From an uncultured Acidobacteriota bacterium (lineage in GTDB: Bacteria; Acidobacteriota; Terriglobia; UBA7540): a DNA stretch of 64,000 nucleotides. Position numbers and translations under genes: made by a program. The notes beneath the pieces are model-generated. The model saw only the letters and a list, made by a program, of their open reading frames with translations. It did not search any database and was not told the DNA's origin. Shown piece by piece: positions 20,227-30,571 of this stretch. The DNA is taken from the NCBI GenBank assembly GCA_963804995.1, contig CAWDSK010000002.1, forward strand, positions 576,001-640,000, read 5' to 3'. Each line of letters opens with the position of its first letter. The first letter of the stretch is position 1.

Positions 20227-20823
20227 TCACTTTTGGGAGGGTTGGGCTTTGCGGAGGAATTGTTCAAAGGCCCGGCGGGAAGCGAGTTGCCGCAGGAGTT
20301 GCTGACGTCGCGCGGCTGGCATGGTTACCCGTTGTAACTCTTCGCGCCGGCGGCTGAGGTAGTCGAGCCACGACCCGTACTCAGGACCGAAGCAAGACTC
20401 CAGTTCTTTTCGCAGGCGTGAGGCAAGCTCTGGACTCGCGCCTCCCGTCGAAATGGCGATCTGCAACTTTCCCCGTCTCAGAACCGCAGGGTAATAGAAA
20501 TCGCAGTTGCGGGGATCGTCCACGGCGTTGCACAGGACGCCGCGCCGACGGGCTTCCTTGAAGATGACAGCATTTGTTTCGTGTGAGGATGTGGCGGCCA
20601 CCACCAGGACCATCCCGTCAAGGTCACGCGCGGCGAATTTCCTCTTGCGCCAAATGATTTCGCCCGATTTCGCGAGTCGCTCAACGCCCGCTGTCGCCTT
20701 CGGCGAAACCACCATGACTCGCGCTCCCGCACGCAGAAGGCTCTGGAGCTTGCCTTCTCCCACGCGCCCTGCGCCGACTAGCAAACACGGTCGTCCTTCG
20801 AGCTTGAGAAAGAGTGGAAACAT
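20227..20823 (-). CDS. Precorrin-2 dehydrogenase/sirohydrochlorin ferrochelatase (SirC/Met8p, CysG N-terminal type)
   Basis: FPLFLKLEGRPCLLVGAGRVG, NAVDDPRNCDFYYPA, IAISTGGASP. Confidence 0.9.
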   Translation of the reverse strand: MFPLFLKLEGRPCLLVGAGRVGEGKLQSLLRAGARVMVVSPKATAGVERLAKSGEIIWRKRKFAARDLDGMVLVVAATSSHETNAVIFKEARRRGVLCNAVDDPRNCDFYYPAVLRRGKLQIAISTGGASPELASRLRKELESCFGPEYGSWLDYLSRRREELQRVTMPAARRQQLLRQLASRRAFEQFLRKAQPSQK

Positions 20824-21016
20824 ATCCGGCCTCTCGGCGATAGTACCATGGGCGCGACGGTCCCTGAACCTTGGGATTGACAAGCGTTCATTACCCTTCA
20901 TAACCCCTTATAAAATGATATAAGGTGTTGATTTCATGGAAGATGAAGAAGATGCCATGATTCCCGAAGTCCTATGTGACTGGATTCTCCCGATCGTTAT
21001 GAATAAAGAGGAGAGA

Positions 21017-21093
21017 TGGTCGGGGCGCCCAGATTTGAACTGGGGACCTCTTGGTCCCGAACCAAGCGCGCTACCAGGCTACGCTACGCCCCG
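21017..21093 (-). tRNA. tRNA-Pro(CGG)
   Basis: CGGGGCGTAGCGTAGCCTGGTAGCGCG-CTTGG TTCGGGA CCAAG...GTTCAAATC...CCA. Confidence 0.96.
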
Positions 21094-21176
21094 ACTTAGG
21101 GAACAGGGGACAGTTTAGAGGAAAAAACCGAAGTAACCTTAGTCTTTCCTGTAACCTGTTCCCTATTACCTTAACA

Positions 21177-21253
21177 TGGTCGGGACGGCCAGATTTGAAC
21201 TGGCGACCCCTTGCACCCCAAGCAAGTGCGCTACCAGGCTGCGCTACGTCCCG
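21177..21253 (-). tRNA. tRNA-Pro(GGG)
   Basis: CGGGACGTAGCGCAGCCTGGTAGCGCA-CTTGC TTGGGGT GCAAG...GTTCAAATC...CCA. Confidence 0.96.
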
Positions 21254-21311
21254 TCACAACCATCTGCGCCGCCCACAAGAACCTTTCCGTGGTCACGCGC
21301 AATTCTTCACG

Positions 21312-21722
21312 CTAGCACTTCCGCGAAAGCATTGTCAATAAGGTCTGCAACTCTTGCCGGATGGCTTTAAGTTGCGCCACATCGAGAGGCGATTGGAATA
21401 GATGGGTCTGCGCCGCGGGATTCTTATCATTGCTCGCCAGATGCTTGCGCGCCCCTTCGATGGTAAACCCCTTTTCATAGAGGAGCCGGCGAAGTTCGAA
21501 TATCAGCTCCACATCTTTGCGGCGGTAAAGCCGGTGCCCTGACTTGCTCTTGACCGGCCGCAGTGAGGGGAATTCCGTCTCCCAGTAACGCAACACGTAG
21601 GCCTTCGTCTGGGTCAGCTCACTGACCTCTCCGATCCGGAAATAGAGCTTGTCCGGAATTGCCACATCGGCTGTGGGATTCGGGATCAAGCGTGCGGCGC
21701 GCGTGGCGCGGCCTCGGGCCAT
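21312..21722 (-). CDS. MerR family transcriptional regulator
   Basis: [41 protein letters not shown]; usual position upstream of tRNA-Pro. Confidence 0.9.
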   Translation of the reverse strand: MARGRATRAARLIPNPTADVAIPDKLYFRIGEVSELTQTKAYVLRYWETEFPSLRPVKSKSGHRLYRRKDVELIFELRRLLYEKGFTIEGARKHLASNDKNPAAQTHLFQSPLDVAQLKAIRQELQTLLTMLSRKC

Positions 21723-21803
21723 GGTGAGCCTCAACCTGCGGTTCTACTGCCGTCCAGCCATCTTAGAGAACCGGCCGATGCACGTCAAGCGTGCCCCATT
21801 TTT

Positions 21804-21913
21804 GGTAGTGGTTCAGTTTGATGTAGAGGTGGCGGCATTCATCCCGACCTGATCGGGACGCAGCCAATTGGCGAAGGAAACTCGCCGCTACAAGATCAAA
21901 CTGTACCACTACC
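21804..21913. mobile_element. MITE with GGTAGTGGTTCAGTTTGA-type TIRs carrying a GTAGAGG..CTCGCCGCTAC REP
   Basis: TIR pair; flanks ccattttt/ccatttcc; relatives at 38612, 45380 and 61663. Confidence 0.65.
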
Positions 21914-22076
21914 CCATTTCCCGCCTTCTGCCAGGAGGTGGGAGCGGCTGCCCTCCAAGACTGACCGAAGTTTTACGAGTTGTTACCTGAAAACTGGACC
22001 ATGCGCTATACTCTCCCGGTTCAAGAACCCGCGCGGAGTGTGCTTCTGCGCTATCGCTGTACTTGAAAGGTCAACT

Positions 22077-23274
22077 ATGGGAGCCCGACCCTCCAAATTA
22101 CTCTGGGTATTCTTTCTTGCCTATTTCACCTTCGGGATGATGTACGTGCTGGGCGCGCTCACCCCCGACGTTATCGCGGAGTACAGTCTCAGCCGTTTCG
22201 CGGCGGGACTCCTCGGGTCGGCCTTCTATTTTGCCTACACACTTTGCGCGATTCCCACCGGTCTGCTCATGGACCGGCTGGGCGGCCGCCTCTTAATTCT
22301 TTCCGGCGTTTTTTTGATGGGCCTGGGTTGCCTGGTGGTGTCACGTGCCCACAGTTACCCGCTGATTCTGGCTATGGTCTTCGCCGTGGGCGTGGGCGTG
22401 ACGATGCTCCAGACCAGCGGCAACCCTCTCATCAAACAACTCAACATACCGGCGAACTACGACCGCAACCTGACGATCACCATCGGATTTGCGGGGTTCG
22501 GGCCGTTCTTCGCGCCGTTCGTGCTTGCCTACATTCGCAGCACGGGGCGCCCCTGGCAGGCACTCTATCTGTTCTTCGCCTTCTTCTGCCTGGGAGTATT
22601 GATCCTGCTGGCAGTTTCCAAGTTCCCGCCCCGCGTCCAGAGCAGTGACCGCATGCAATTGGGAAAGGTCGGGCAGTTGCTCCGTAATCCGCTCATCATC
22701 GCTTACATGTTCGGCATCTTTTTTTACGTGGCGGCAGAGGTCGGGACGGCGTTCTGGATTCCCAAATTCTTTGAGGACGTGCACGGCGTGCCCGCGGCGG
22801 TAACCGCCAGCAACGCCGCCAGTTTATTTGCCAGGGCCTTCCCCAGTCTGCCGGCGTTCATCTTCGCGCTCTTCTGGGGACTGCAAGGCACCGGGCAGGC
22901 TGGTGAGCGGCGCCGTGTTAAAGAAATTCGGAAGCCGGAATATTCTCCGCGTTTTTTCGGTCATGGCGCTCGTCTGCCTGCTGGTTGCGACCTTCGGGTC
23001 GAAGACCCTGACCGCGGTGGGATTTGTCGCCTGTGGTTTCTTCACTTCGGTGTTGTTCACCCTGATCTTCAGCGGTACGATCAACAGTTTTGCGGAGAAT
23101 CACGGCACCATCTCCGGGCTGCTGTGCACGGCGGTCTTGGGAGGCGCGCTGATTCCTCCGCTCGAAGGCTTAGTGGGCGATCATCTTGGCATGCGCATGG
23201 CCATGCTGGTCCCCGCGCTGTGTTTTGCCTACGTGGCGGGCCTGGCCTTTTGGGGCCGCGCTAAATACCAATAG
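22077..23274 (+). CDS. MFS sugar transporter (FucP-like); probable 1-nt indel near 22890
   Basis: About 12 TM segments, GLLMDRLGGR, GIFFYVAAEVG, SGLLCTAVLGGALIP. Confidence 0.85.
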
Positions 23275-23492
23275 CGGTTTTGGGGGCAGTGGCGCCATCA
23301 GATGATGTGGAGGCGGCTTTAGGCTGACATTTGGCGAGGTAAACTCGCCGCTACGCCTTTTGGGGCCGCGCTAAATACCAATAGCAGTTTTGGGGGCAGT
23401 GGCGCCATCAGATGTAGAGGCGGCTTTAGGCTGACATTTGGCGAGGTAAACTCGCCGCTACACCTTTTGGGGCCGCACTAAATACGAATAGC
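23245..23492. repeat. About 110-bp tandem repeat (2.3 copies) made of the MFS 3' end plus a REP
   Basis: ccttttggggccgc(g/a)ctaaatac.aatagc at 23246, 23356 and 23463, alternating with ggcgaggtaaactcgccgctac. Confidence 0.85.
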
Positions 23493-23518
23493 GTTATGGG
23501 GAAGGGAGTCGACTGGTT

Positions 23519-24511
23519 ATGGGGAAGTTAATCATCGGCATCGACGTGGGCGGAACGAAAGTGGCGGGGGGGCTGGTCACGCTGAAGGGGCGGCTGGTGG
23601 AATCTCAGATTGTCCCCACATACGCCGAGAAGGGGTTTAGCAAAAGTTACGCCCAGATCGTCCACCTGATTGAGCGTCTGGTTCGCGCCGCGGGGGGAAA
23701 GCACAACCTGCGGGGGATTGGCATCTGCGCGCCCGGACCGCTCAATCCCAAGACGGGTGTGGTGATTAATCCGCCTAATCTCTCCGGCTGGCGGAATGTG
23801 GAATTGGCGAAGATGGTTGAGAAGCGATTCGGCCTGCCCGCCAAGGTGGAAAACGATGCCAACGCCGCGGGACTCGCGGAAGTTCTGTTCGGCGCCGCCG
23901 TGGGTTTCAAGGATGTCTTCTATGTGACGGTGAGTACCGGTATCGGAACCGGAATTATCATTAACGGAAAGATCTATCACGGCAAGAACGGTGTGGCCGG
24001 TGAAGGCGGCCATGTCTCCATCGATTGCCACAGCCCTTACCGCTGCGGCTGCGGGACACTGGGCTGCATTGAAGCGTTGGCGGCGGGCCCCGCCATGGCC
24101 CGGCGGGCGCGCGTGATGCTCGAGCAGGAACACAACCTGCCCAGCGCTCTGCGCGATATTACTGCAGGCCACCTGGAACAGATTACTCCGCTCATGATTG
24201 AGGAGGCGGCGCGCCGTGGAGACGCAGTGGCGAAAGCCGTCTTGAGCGACACGGGTTTCTACCTGGGGGTGTGGCTGGCCGGCATGATCACGCTTTTCGA
24301 TCCCGAAGCCATCGTGATGGGGGGCGGTGTTTCCAGAATCGGCAAGCCCCTATTTGATAAGATCAAAGAGACTATACCGCAGTATTCCATCAACCGCCTT
24401 TTCGCCGTCAAGACCCCCCTACTGCCCGCCAAACTCCAGAAGAATGTCGGCGTTTATGGCGCGGCCGCAGTCTTCCTGCCGTCCGGGGAAGAAGCTGAGA
24501 CAGGGGCTTGA
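23519..24511 (+). CDS. ROK family sugar kinase (glucokinase-like)
   Basis: IGIDVGGTK, ENDANAAGLAE, STGIGTG, GEGGH, CGCGTLGCIEA. Confidence 0.9.
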   Translation: MGKLIIGIDVGGTKVAGGLVTLKGRLVESQIVPTYAEKGFSKSYAQIVHLIERLVRAAGGKHNLRGIGICAPGPLNPKTGVVINPPNLSGWRNVELAKMVEKRFGLPAKVENDANAAGLAEVLFGAAVGFKDVFYVTVSTGIGTGIIINGKIYHGKNGVAGEGGHVSIDCHSPYRCGCGTLGCIEALAAGPAMARRARVMLEQEHNLPSALRDITAGHLEQITPLMIEEAARRGDAVAKAVLSDTGFYLGVWLAGMITLFDPEAIVMGGGVSRIGKPLFDKIKETIPQYSINRLFAVKTPLLPAKLQKNVGVYGAAAVFLPSGEEAETGA

Positions 24512-24646
24512 CGCAACTGTGTGACAACTAAATGCGGAAGATGATCGGCCTAGAGGGGATTTCTGACCACGAGCCTGGTAGCCGCGGCGACACCGTGGCT
24601 ACCTGCTAATGGTTTTTGAATTCCTGGAATTCTCAAACACCCACGT

Positions 24647-24716
24647 GACCCCTCACCCGTCCCGCCCCGGCTGATGAAAACGCCGGCGGCGGTCCACCCT
24701 CTCCCCTCGGAGAGGG
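24647..24716. repeat. 70-bp palindromic repeat, identical to 26603-26672
   Basis: gacccctcacccgtcccgccccggctgatgaaaacgccggcggcggtccaccctctcccctcggagaggg. Confidence 0.9.
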
Positions 24717-24812
24717 CTAGGCATCGTAAGTCCCAGCCTTCTCCCAGGGGAGAAGGTGTGCTACTCCGCGCGAAATCGCGGATCAATTTGCGAGTTTCGA
24801 ATTATCGTTTCT

Positions 24813-25232
24813 TTAGCCTTTGAGCAGTTCCACACCGGAAGCCCTGGCCGCGGCACGCAAGTTCTTATCCAAGGTTGCGATAGCCACTCCCTCAACCTGA
24901 GCGAGATCCAGGTAGGCAGCGTCATAGGAGGAAAGCTGGTGCTGGCGTGCGAGGCGGGCAATGGACGAGTAGCTGCGTCCGATCCCGTCCAGGTCAACCG
25001 CAATGGGGAGGTCTTTGAGGTCGGCAATAAACGTGTCTAGTTGCGCAAGTGTGATGGCCTTTTGGCGTGCCGCCACCACCAGGCTATTAACCATCTCGAA
25101 CGGCCAGAGGGCCGGCGCCAGCGCCTCATCTCCGCCGGCTAGACGGTCGAAGACGGCTTCGGTATACGCCGTCTTTTGGCTCGGGAAATACCAGCACAGC
25201 GCGACTGACGCATCCACGACAAAACGTGTCAA
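24813..25232 (-). CDS. vapC: VapC/PIN-domain toxin
   Basis: FVVDASVAL, P.LWPFEMVNSL, LSSYDAAYLDLA, ATLDKNL. Confidence 0.9.
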   Translation of the reverse strand: MTRFVVDASVALCWYFPSQKTAYTEAVFDRLAGGDEALAPALWPFEMVNSLVVAARQKAITLAQLDTFIADLKDLPIAVDLDGIGRSYSSIARLARQHQLSSYDAAYLDLAQVEGVAIATLDKNLRAAARASGVELLKG

Positions 25233-25474
25233 AACCGCCGCCCCTCCTCAATCAAGCGCCGCAGAGTGTAACCCTTGGGCAGGTGGGCATCCTTACGCGT
25301 CTGCCGAATGTGCTCGATCACCTCTCGCGGGGCGCGTCGCGAACGCCGGCTGACGGGCACCAGCATGGCGACTTCCTTACCGCGCCGCGTGATCATGAAC
25401 TCCTCGCCCTTCGATGCTCTTTCCACGAGCTCGGAAAGGCCGTTCTTCGCCTGAAATAATCCTACACTGTGCAT
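25229..25474 (-). CDS. Phd/YefM family antitoxin
   Basis: VGLFQAKNGLSELVERASKGEEFMITRRGKEVAMLVP; overlaps vapC start. Confidence 0.9.
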   Translation of the reverse strand: MHSVGLFQAKNGLSELVERASKGEEFMITRRGKEVAMLVPVSRRSRRAPREVIEHIRQTRKDAHLPKGYTLRRLIEEGRRF

Positions 25475-25624
25475 ACACCCGATCCTCTTTCGAATAATCT
25501 AGCTAACAGTCTAGCTGAAAAGACTTCTTACGGTCAAATCTGCTTTGGGTCGAAGTGGGTAGCACTTCTTCAGATGCGCCCCCGCCCGCCGAAATAATGT
25601 TACAGCACATGCTTTTCATATTAA

Positions 25625-26533
25625 GAGCTTATCCGTAAATACTTATTGAAGTCTGCTGCAATTTGATGCATGATTATGACCCAAGATGCCGCAGATAAAA
25701 TCTTGGGAAGTATCCGACGAGTTTTGGGTGAAAGTCGAACCGCTGATTCCGGTTCGACAGCGGTCGAAAGGCCGAAAGTATAGGCGGAAGCCGGGGGGTG
25801 GGAGGAAGCCAATGCCGGCGCGCCGGATCTTCTCGGCCATTGTGTATGTGCTGCGCACGGGATGTCAGTGGAAGGCCTTGCCCAAGGAATTCGGCAGCGC
25901 CAGCGCGGTCCACAAGCATTTTCAACAGTGGCACCGGGCGGGTTTCTTTCTGGCGCTCTGGCGGTCGGGGCTGGCCGAGTACGATGAGCTGGAGGGCATT
26001 GCCTGGGACTGGCAAAGCATCGACGGAGCGATGGTGAAAGCCCCGCTGGCCTTGACTTGCGTGGGACCCAATCCCACCGATCGGGGAAAAAAATGGGCGC
26101 AAGCGAAGTTTGTTAGTCGACGGGCGTGGCGTCCCACTATCGCTCGCCGTCAGCGGAGCCAACCTGCATGATGTGAAGCTGCTGGCCACCACCCTCGACC
26201 AGGTGGTGAGAGCGCGACCGGCACCGCGACCGAGAAAGCCCCAGCACCTTTGCGCCGATGCCGGTTACAAGGGATCCCGCGCTCGGCAAGCGGCCACGAA
26301 CCGCCACTACCGGCCGCATATCAAGCAACAGCGAGAAGAGATGGAAGCAAAACGTATCGTCCCCGGTTACAAGGCTCGCCGATGGGTGGTCGAGCGGACC
26401 CATTCCTGGCTCAACCGATACCGCAAGGTGTTGGTGAGCTTTGAAAAGACCGAGGAAAGCTACGTCGCCCTACTAACCTTAGCCGCGGCCATGATCTGCT
26501 GGCGACAGACAATTATTATTTACGGATAAGCTC
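25625..26533 (+). mobile_element. IS5-family insertion sequence (909 bp)
   Basis: Perfect 17-bp TIR gagcttatccgtaaata / tatttacggataagctc; TAA duplicated at 25622-25624 and 26534-26536. Confidence 0.92.
25686..26529 (+). CDS. IS5-family transposase in two frames joined at an A7 run (26087-26093)
   Basis: YVLRTGCQWKALP, SIDG, NPTDRGK, LVDGRGVPL, ADAGY, RWVVERTHSWLNRYR. Confidence 0.9.
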
Positions 26534-26602
26534 TAAGAGCCGCAGAGTGTGAAAGGACCACACTCTGCGCTACCCTGGCAAAGTCTCAATGGGTTCCAGG
26601 GC

Positions 26603-26672
26603 GACCCCTCACCCGTCCCGCCCCGGCTGATGAAAACGCCGGCGGCGGTCCACCCTCTCCCCTCGGAGAGGG
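26603..26672. repeat. 70-bp palindromic repeat, identical to 24647-24716
   Basis: Direct identical copy. Confidence 0.9.
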
Positions 26673-27012
26673 TGGTTTGATTTCCAACCTTCTCCCAGGG
26701 GTCGCAGATCCGCCGTGGCGGGAGAAGGTGCTGAGGTACGAAGCGGATGAGGGGTCTCGAAGTCGCGCCTTTCAGCACTCGTCCCAAAATGTTTGCTAAA
26801 AAAACAAGGGTTTACGGTATTGCAATGCAGATTCTCGTGCTCTCCGAGGCTCTGCGGCTCTTCTTCAGATACGCCCCCGCTCGCTGAAATGATGTTACAG
26901 CGCATGCTTCTCATCTTAAGAGCCGCAGAGTGTGAAAGGCATACACTCTGCGCTACCACGCTACCACGCTTGGGGAGGAATCCCAGCTAGTGATGCTGGT
27001 CAACGTTTCGAG

Positions 27013-29262
27013 TCAGGAAGCCTGCAGCCAGGATTCGATGGTCCTGGCTTTTTCCACCTCCGGGCAGACCTTGAACTGAAGCCCTTCACTCGCCCCCGAC
27101 TGTTTGAAAATCCCCAGAGCGTGTTCGTAAAGCGAAGCTAGTTGTGATTCCGGCAGGGGTTCGCCTCTGGCGTCGGTTGCGTTCAGGAGCCAGCAGCGAC
27201 GCGGGGCCAGGCAACCAGCGAGGTCCGGCAAATCGAAGTGCTTCAAAACCCCGTACAGGAACCAGGAAACGTGCAGATAGTTCGCGCGGGACTCGACGAT
27301 GGAGCGATACGTGGCGATGGGGCTATCGAGCAAAACCGAGTGCAGTCGATCGTCCATCACGCCTGCCAGCAGGACCGCGAGCGCCGCGCCGCCTTGGCCA
27401 AGCCCGTAGATGCGAGTGCGGTCCACGTCCGGTCTCGACTGGAGATAATCGAGGCCACGGAGGAAATCCCACACGCGCTGGCCCAGGAGGGGTTTACCCA
27501 AACAGAAACAGGTCCAAGGGTAGAACTCCTGGAGATTTTGGGAGCGATAGAAATAGGGGGGCGCCGCCGGATATCGTGGGATGCAGTCCCCGAGGTTACG
27601 TAAATCCACGGCGCATAGAGCGAACCCCTTTTCCACCAGCGCCGCGATTTCCGACCTCTCGTCGAGGACCTGATTCCGGTCTCCCTCTGAAACGTAAAGG
27701 ATGGTGGGAAATGGCTTGCTGCCGTGGGCGGGCTTGAGGAGCCAACCGGGCACACGGATGTAAGGTTCGGAGTGAATCACGAATTCCTCGATGACCACAT
27801 CCTTCCGCGCACCCGAGGAAATAGTCCGGGGATCGAGAGCGGTTCGCTCCGTGGGAAGGGCGAGTAATTCCTCGAGCGTGCCGCGCGCCCGTTCCCGGAA
27901 AGCCTGGGCGTCGGCCACCGTACTGCCCAGGGGATTCGCCGGCGCCAAGGCGCGCAGGTGGTCAGTGTTCAGTTGGACGATGGAGCGCCCGCCGAGTGAG
28001 GTCAGCACTTGTCCGGTGGTCGTGCAGTTCAGGGCATCGGGCGCCGATTCGTCAAACGCAGTTTCTTCGGTTCCCCAATCTTCACGGCCCAGCCAACGGT
28101 TGAACCATTCGCACGCGGCCCGGCGGCTGAAGAAATCGTAATCGTGGGGCAGCGCCTTGGTGTAAAGACTCACCTTTTCGACGGCGCCCATCAACCGATA
28201 GGCCGTTTGCAATTCCGCGTAGACTTCCTTGTTCCCCTCGGTGAACGTGGGAGAGTAGGTCGTTCCAGCGTCGGAAGGGGTGTAGCAAATCAGCAGGGGT
28301 TTGGGCGCAAAAGCCAGTAGCAGATCGCCGCGGTCGATGCCTTCCGGGAGGCTGCCGGGAATGTTCTGCTCGGAGTCCGCTACGGCGCCAGGAGGGGCAT
28401 AGGACGGCCCCGCAAGATTCTCGGTGTTCCCGTCCACCACCACGGCAGCCTGGAGGCGCGGCTCGAGCCCGGCGAGGTACATGGTCATCGTTCCGCCACC
28501 CGATTGCCCCGTGCAGCCGATGCGCTCTGGATCGACTTCCGGACGCGAGAGAAGATAGTCCAGGGCGCGGATCCCGTCCCAGGTTCGATATTGGGCGAAC
28601 CCTGAGCCCAACAACAGCATTGGCCGCCCGGCCAGCCAGTGTTCACCGCCCGGCCCATCGTAGCGGAGCGGCCCGGGAGTCGAGCCGAGGAACTGCCACC
28701 GTTCACCCTGCCCAAAAGGATCGTAGGTCAACACCATATAACCCTTTCTTGCAAGGGTCTGATTCAGGTATTGATAAACTTTCCAAAGCTTGCCGTTGTC
28801 CGGATGGCCGAGCGGGGAGATGATTCCCGGAAAGGGTGGCTTGCGCCGCTGGGGAACGTAGAGATGGGCGGTAACGAAAACCTCCGGTTGGCTCTCGAAA
28901 ATCACCTTTTCAATTCGATAATCGCCGCGGTCGATCAGGCCCACAACTTGCGGCCGGAGGGGAGTCTTCTCAAACTGGCCGCCCAGCAGCCGCCAGACCG
29001 TGGAACGGATTTTCTCAATGCGCTTTTGGACGTCAGCCCCGCTCCGTAAGTTTTGAAGTTCAGAGAGACGCCGCGCCCGCGCTTCGTTCACGTGTGCTGT
29101 AAGGTAGGCGGGCCAATCGTTCCAATACTCGTTCGCAGCGGGTTCGTGTGGAATCGCAGCCTGACTTGAGGTGCGAGAGGGAGCGGCAAAGGCGCCGGCC
29201 CCTGTCGACGAAACCGCCAGCCCCGCCACATTCGTTTGCAGGAATTTTCGACGTGAGAGCAC
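27013..29262 (-). CDS. Tat-exported alpha/beta hydrolase (acetylxylan esterase-like, tandem domains)
   Basis: GGAGG RBS, GTG-LSRRKFL; IEKVIFES, DPFGQGER, RALDYL, GQSGGG nucleophile elbow. Confidence 0.85.
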   Translation of the reverse strand: MLSRRKFLQTNVAGLAVSSTGAGAFAAPSRTSSQAAIPHEPAANEYWNDWPAYLTAHVNEARARRLSELQNLRSGADVQKRIEKIRSTVWRLLGGQFEKTPLRPQVVGLIDRGDYRIEKVIFESQPEVFVTAHLYVPQRRKPPFPGIISPLGHPDNGKLWKVYQYLNQTLARKGYMVLTYDPFGQGERWQFLGSTPGPLRYDGPGGEHWLAGRPMLLLGSGFAQYRTWDGIRALDYLLSRPEVDPERIGCTGQSGGGTMTMYLAGLEPRLQAAVVVDGNTENLAGPSYAPPGAVADSEQNIPGSLPEGIDRGDLLLAFAPKPLLICYTPSDAGTTYSPTFTEGNKEVYAELQTAYRLMGAVEKVSLYTKALPHDYDFFSRRAACEWFNRWLGREDWGTEETAFDESAPDALNCTTTGQVLTSLGGRSIVQLNTDHLRALAPANPLGSTVADAQAFRERARGTLEELLALPTERTALDPRTISSGARKDVVIEEFVIHSEPYIRVPGWLLKPAHGSKPFPTILYVSEGDRNQVLDERSEIAALVEKGFALCAVDLRNLGDCIPRYPAAPPYFYRSQNLQEFYPWTCFCLGKPLLGQRVWDFLRGLDYLQSRPDVDRTRIYGLGQGGAALAVLLAGVMDDRLHSVLLDSPIATYRSIVESRANYLHVSWFLYGVLKHFDLPDLAGCLAPRRCWLLNATDARGEPLPESQLASLYEHALGIFKQSGASEGLQFKVCPEVEKARTIESWLQAS

Positions 29263-29330
29263 AGCGCACCTCCGGGGCTGTCCAAATCGTGAGTGACCCT
29301 GGCGGCTTCGCCGCATGAAAATGCGCGCAG

Positions 29331-29441
29331 CGCCTTGGACTGCGGTCGCAGCAGCTACCGCCTTCTGCTTGGAGTTCATACGGCAAGTGCGCAAAGGGTG
29401 GAGGAGAATGGCGGTAGCTGCTGCTCCCGCACTCCAAGGTG
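29331..29441. repeat. REP doublet, GGAGTGCG family
   Basis: cgccttggactgcgg ... ccgcactccaaggtg with internal gcagcagctaccgcc / ggcggtagctgctgc. Confidence 0.65.
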
Positions 29442-29494
29442 CCTTCCGCACAAATTTTCATGACAGCCCCCGCGAAAACGGAAATTCCCACCGT

Positions 29495-30571
29495 TTAAGG
29501 TCCAAAAACCAAGAGCGTAAACGAACCGGGCAGGGGCGCCGGGCGGGGGTGCGGATGGTCAGCCGAAGCGGGGGGGGGCGGTCCGAACTCCGCTGTCACT
29601 AGGAAGATATGATGCATCTTAGTATCCAGCGCCATGGTACGGGCGCCACGCTGAGTTGGAACGCTCGCGACCACCGTGAACTTATTGGGGGAGTCCTCAT
29701 GCACGACGGTCAACGTGCCCTCGCCGTTGGAGCTGAAGGCAAGCTGAGTTTCCGGGTCGAAGCCGTTAGCGTCCACGCCCTCGCCGATGGCCGGTGTGGC
29801 CACAACTTTGCCGGTCGAGGCATCCATGACCGCCATCATATGGTTGTCGCAGCCGCTGAAGAGCCGCTCATGATGAATGTTCATGGCCATGCCCGAGGGT
29901 CCTTCGCAGGGGGCGAGCGGCCAGCGCGCTGTGACCGTCAACTTCTGCGAGTCGATCCGGACAACTTCGCTCTTGTCTTCCAGGTTGTTGTAGATGTGAC
30001 CGTGACCGTCGGCGACGGCGAACTCCGGTTTCCCTCCCAGAGGAACGGTTCCCGCTACTTTTCCCGTAGCGGCGTCTATGGCCGTGGCATCGCCGCTGTG
30101 ACCGTTGAGGGTGAAGACGCGCTTTGAGGCGGGATCGTAAAGGATTGCGTCCGGCCCTGTGCCGACCGCCACGGTCCCCAGCGTCTTGAGCGTGCGAAGA
30201 TCGAAAATGGTGACGGTGTTTGAGCGGCCGTTGCTGGTGAAGCCACGGTTGAGCTCGGGAGCCAAGGCGATGCCGTGGACGCCATCCGTGCCGGGAATGT
30301 CTCCCACCACGGCGTAGCTATCCGCGTCGACCACCATCACGTGCGTGCCCCGCGAGATATAGACGCGCCGCGCCGCGCTGTCGCAGATGAGGTAGTCCCA
30401 ACCTCCTTCCCCGCCCAGCGCCACTTTCTTCAACAAATGGTAATTGGCCGCCGGGGCAGCGTTATCGTGACCGGGGATAGCGGCGATGACCAGCAACGCC
30501 AACAGGATGGCGAAACCTATCCTCACGACCGAAAGGTTTCTAACGGCTCGTCGAGCGATGCGTATCTGCAT
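29495..30571 (-). CDS. YncE/YVTN-type beta-propeller protein, secreted
   Basis: GGWDYL, GVHGIA, GFTSNG, GPDAILYD, TQRGARTMALD. Confidence 0.85.
   Translation of the reverse strand: MQIRIARRAVRNLSVVRIGFAILLALLVIAAIPGHDNAAPAANYHLLKKVALGGEGGWDYLICDSAARRVYISRGTHVMVVDADSYAVVGDIPGTDGVHGIALAPELNRGFTSNGRSNTVTIFDLRTLKTLGTVAVGTGPDAILYDPASKRVFTLNGHSGDATAIDAATGKVAGTVPLGGKPEFAVADGHGHIYNNLEDKSEVVRIDSQKLTVTARWPLAPCEGPSGMAMNIHHERLFSGCDNHMMAVMDASTGKVVATPAIGEGVDANGFDPETQLAFSSNGEGTLTVVHEDSPNKFTVVASVPTQRGARTMALDTKMHHIFLVTAEFGPPPPASADHPHPRPAPLPGSFTLLVFGP

Noticed and set aside
26087..26093. IS5 transposase frameshift as a novelty
   Set aside because: Two-ORF organisation at an A-run is known in IS5-family subgroups; it could also be a homopolymer error
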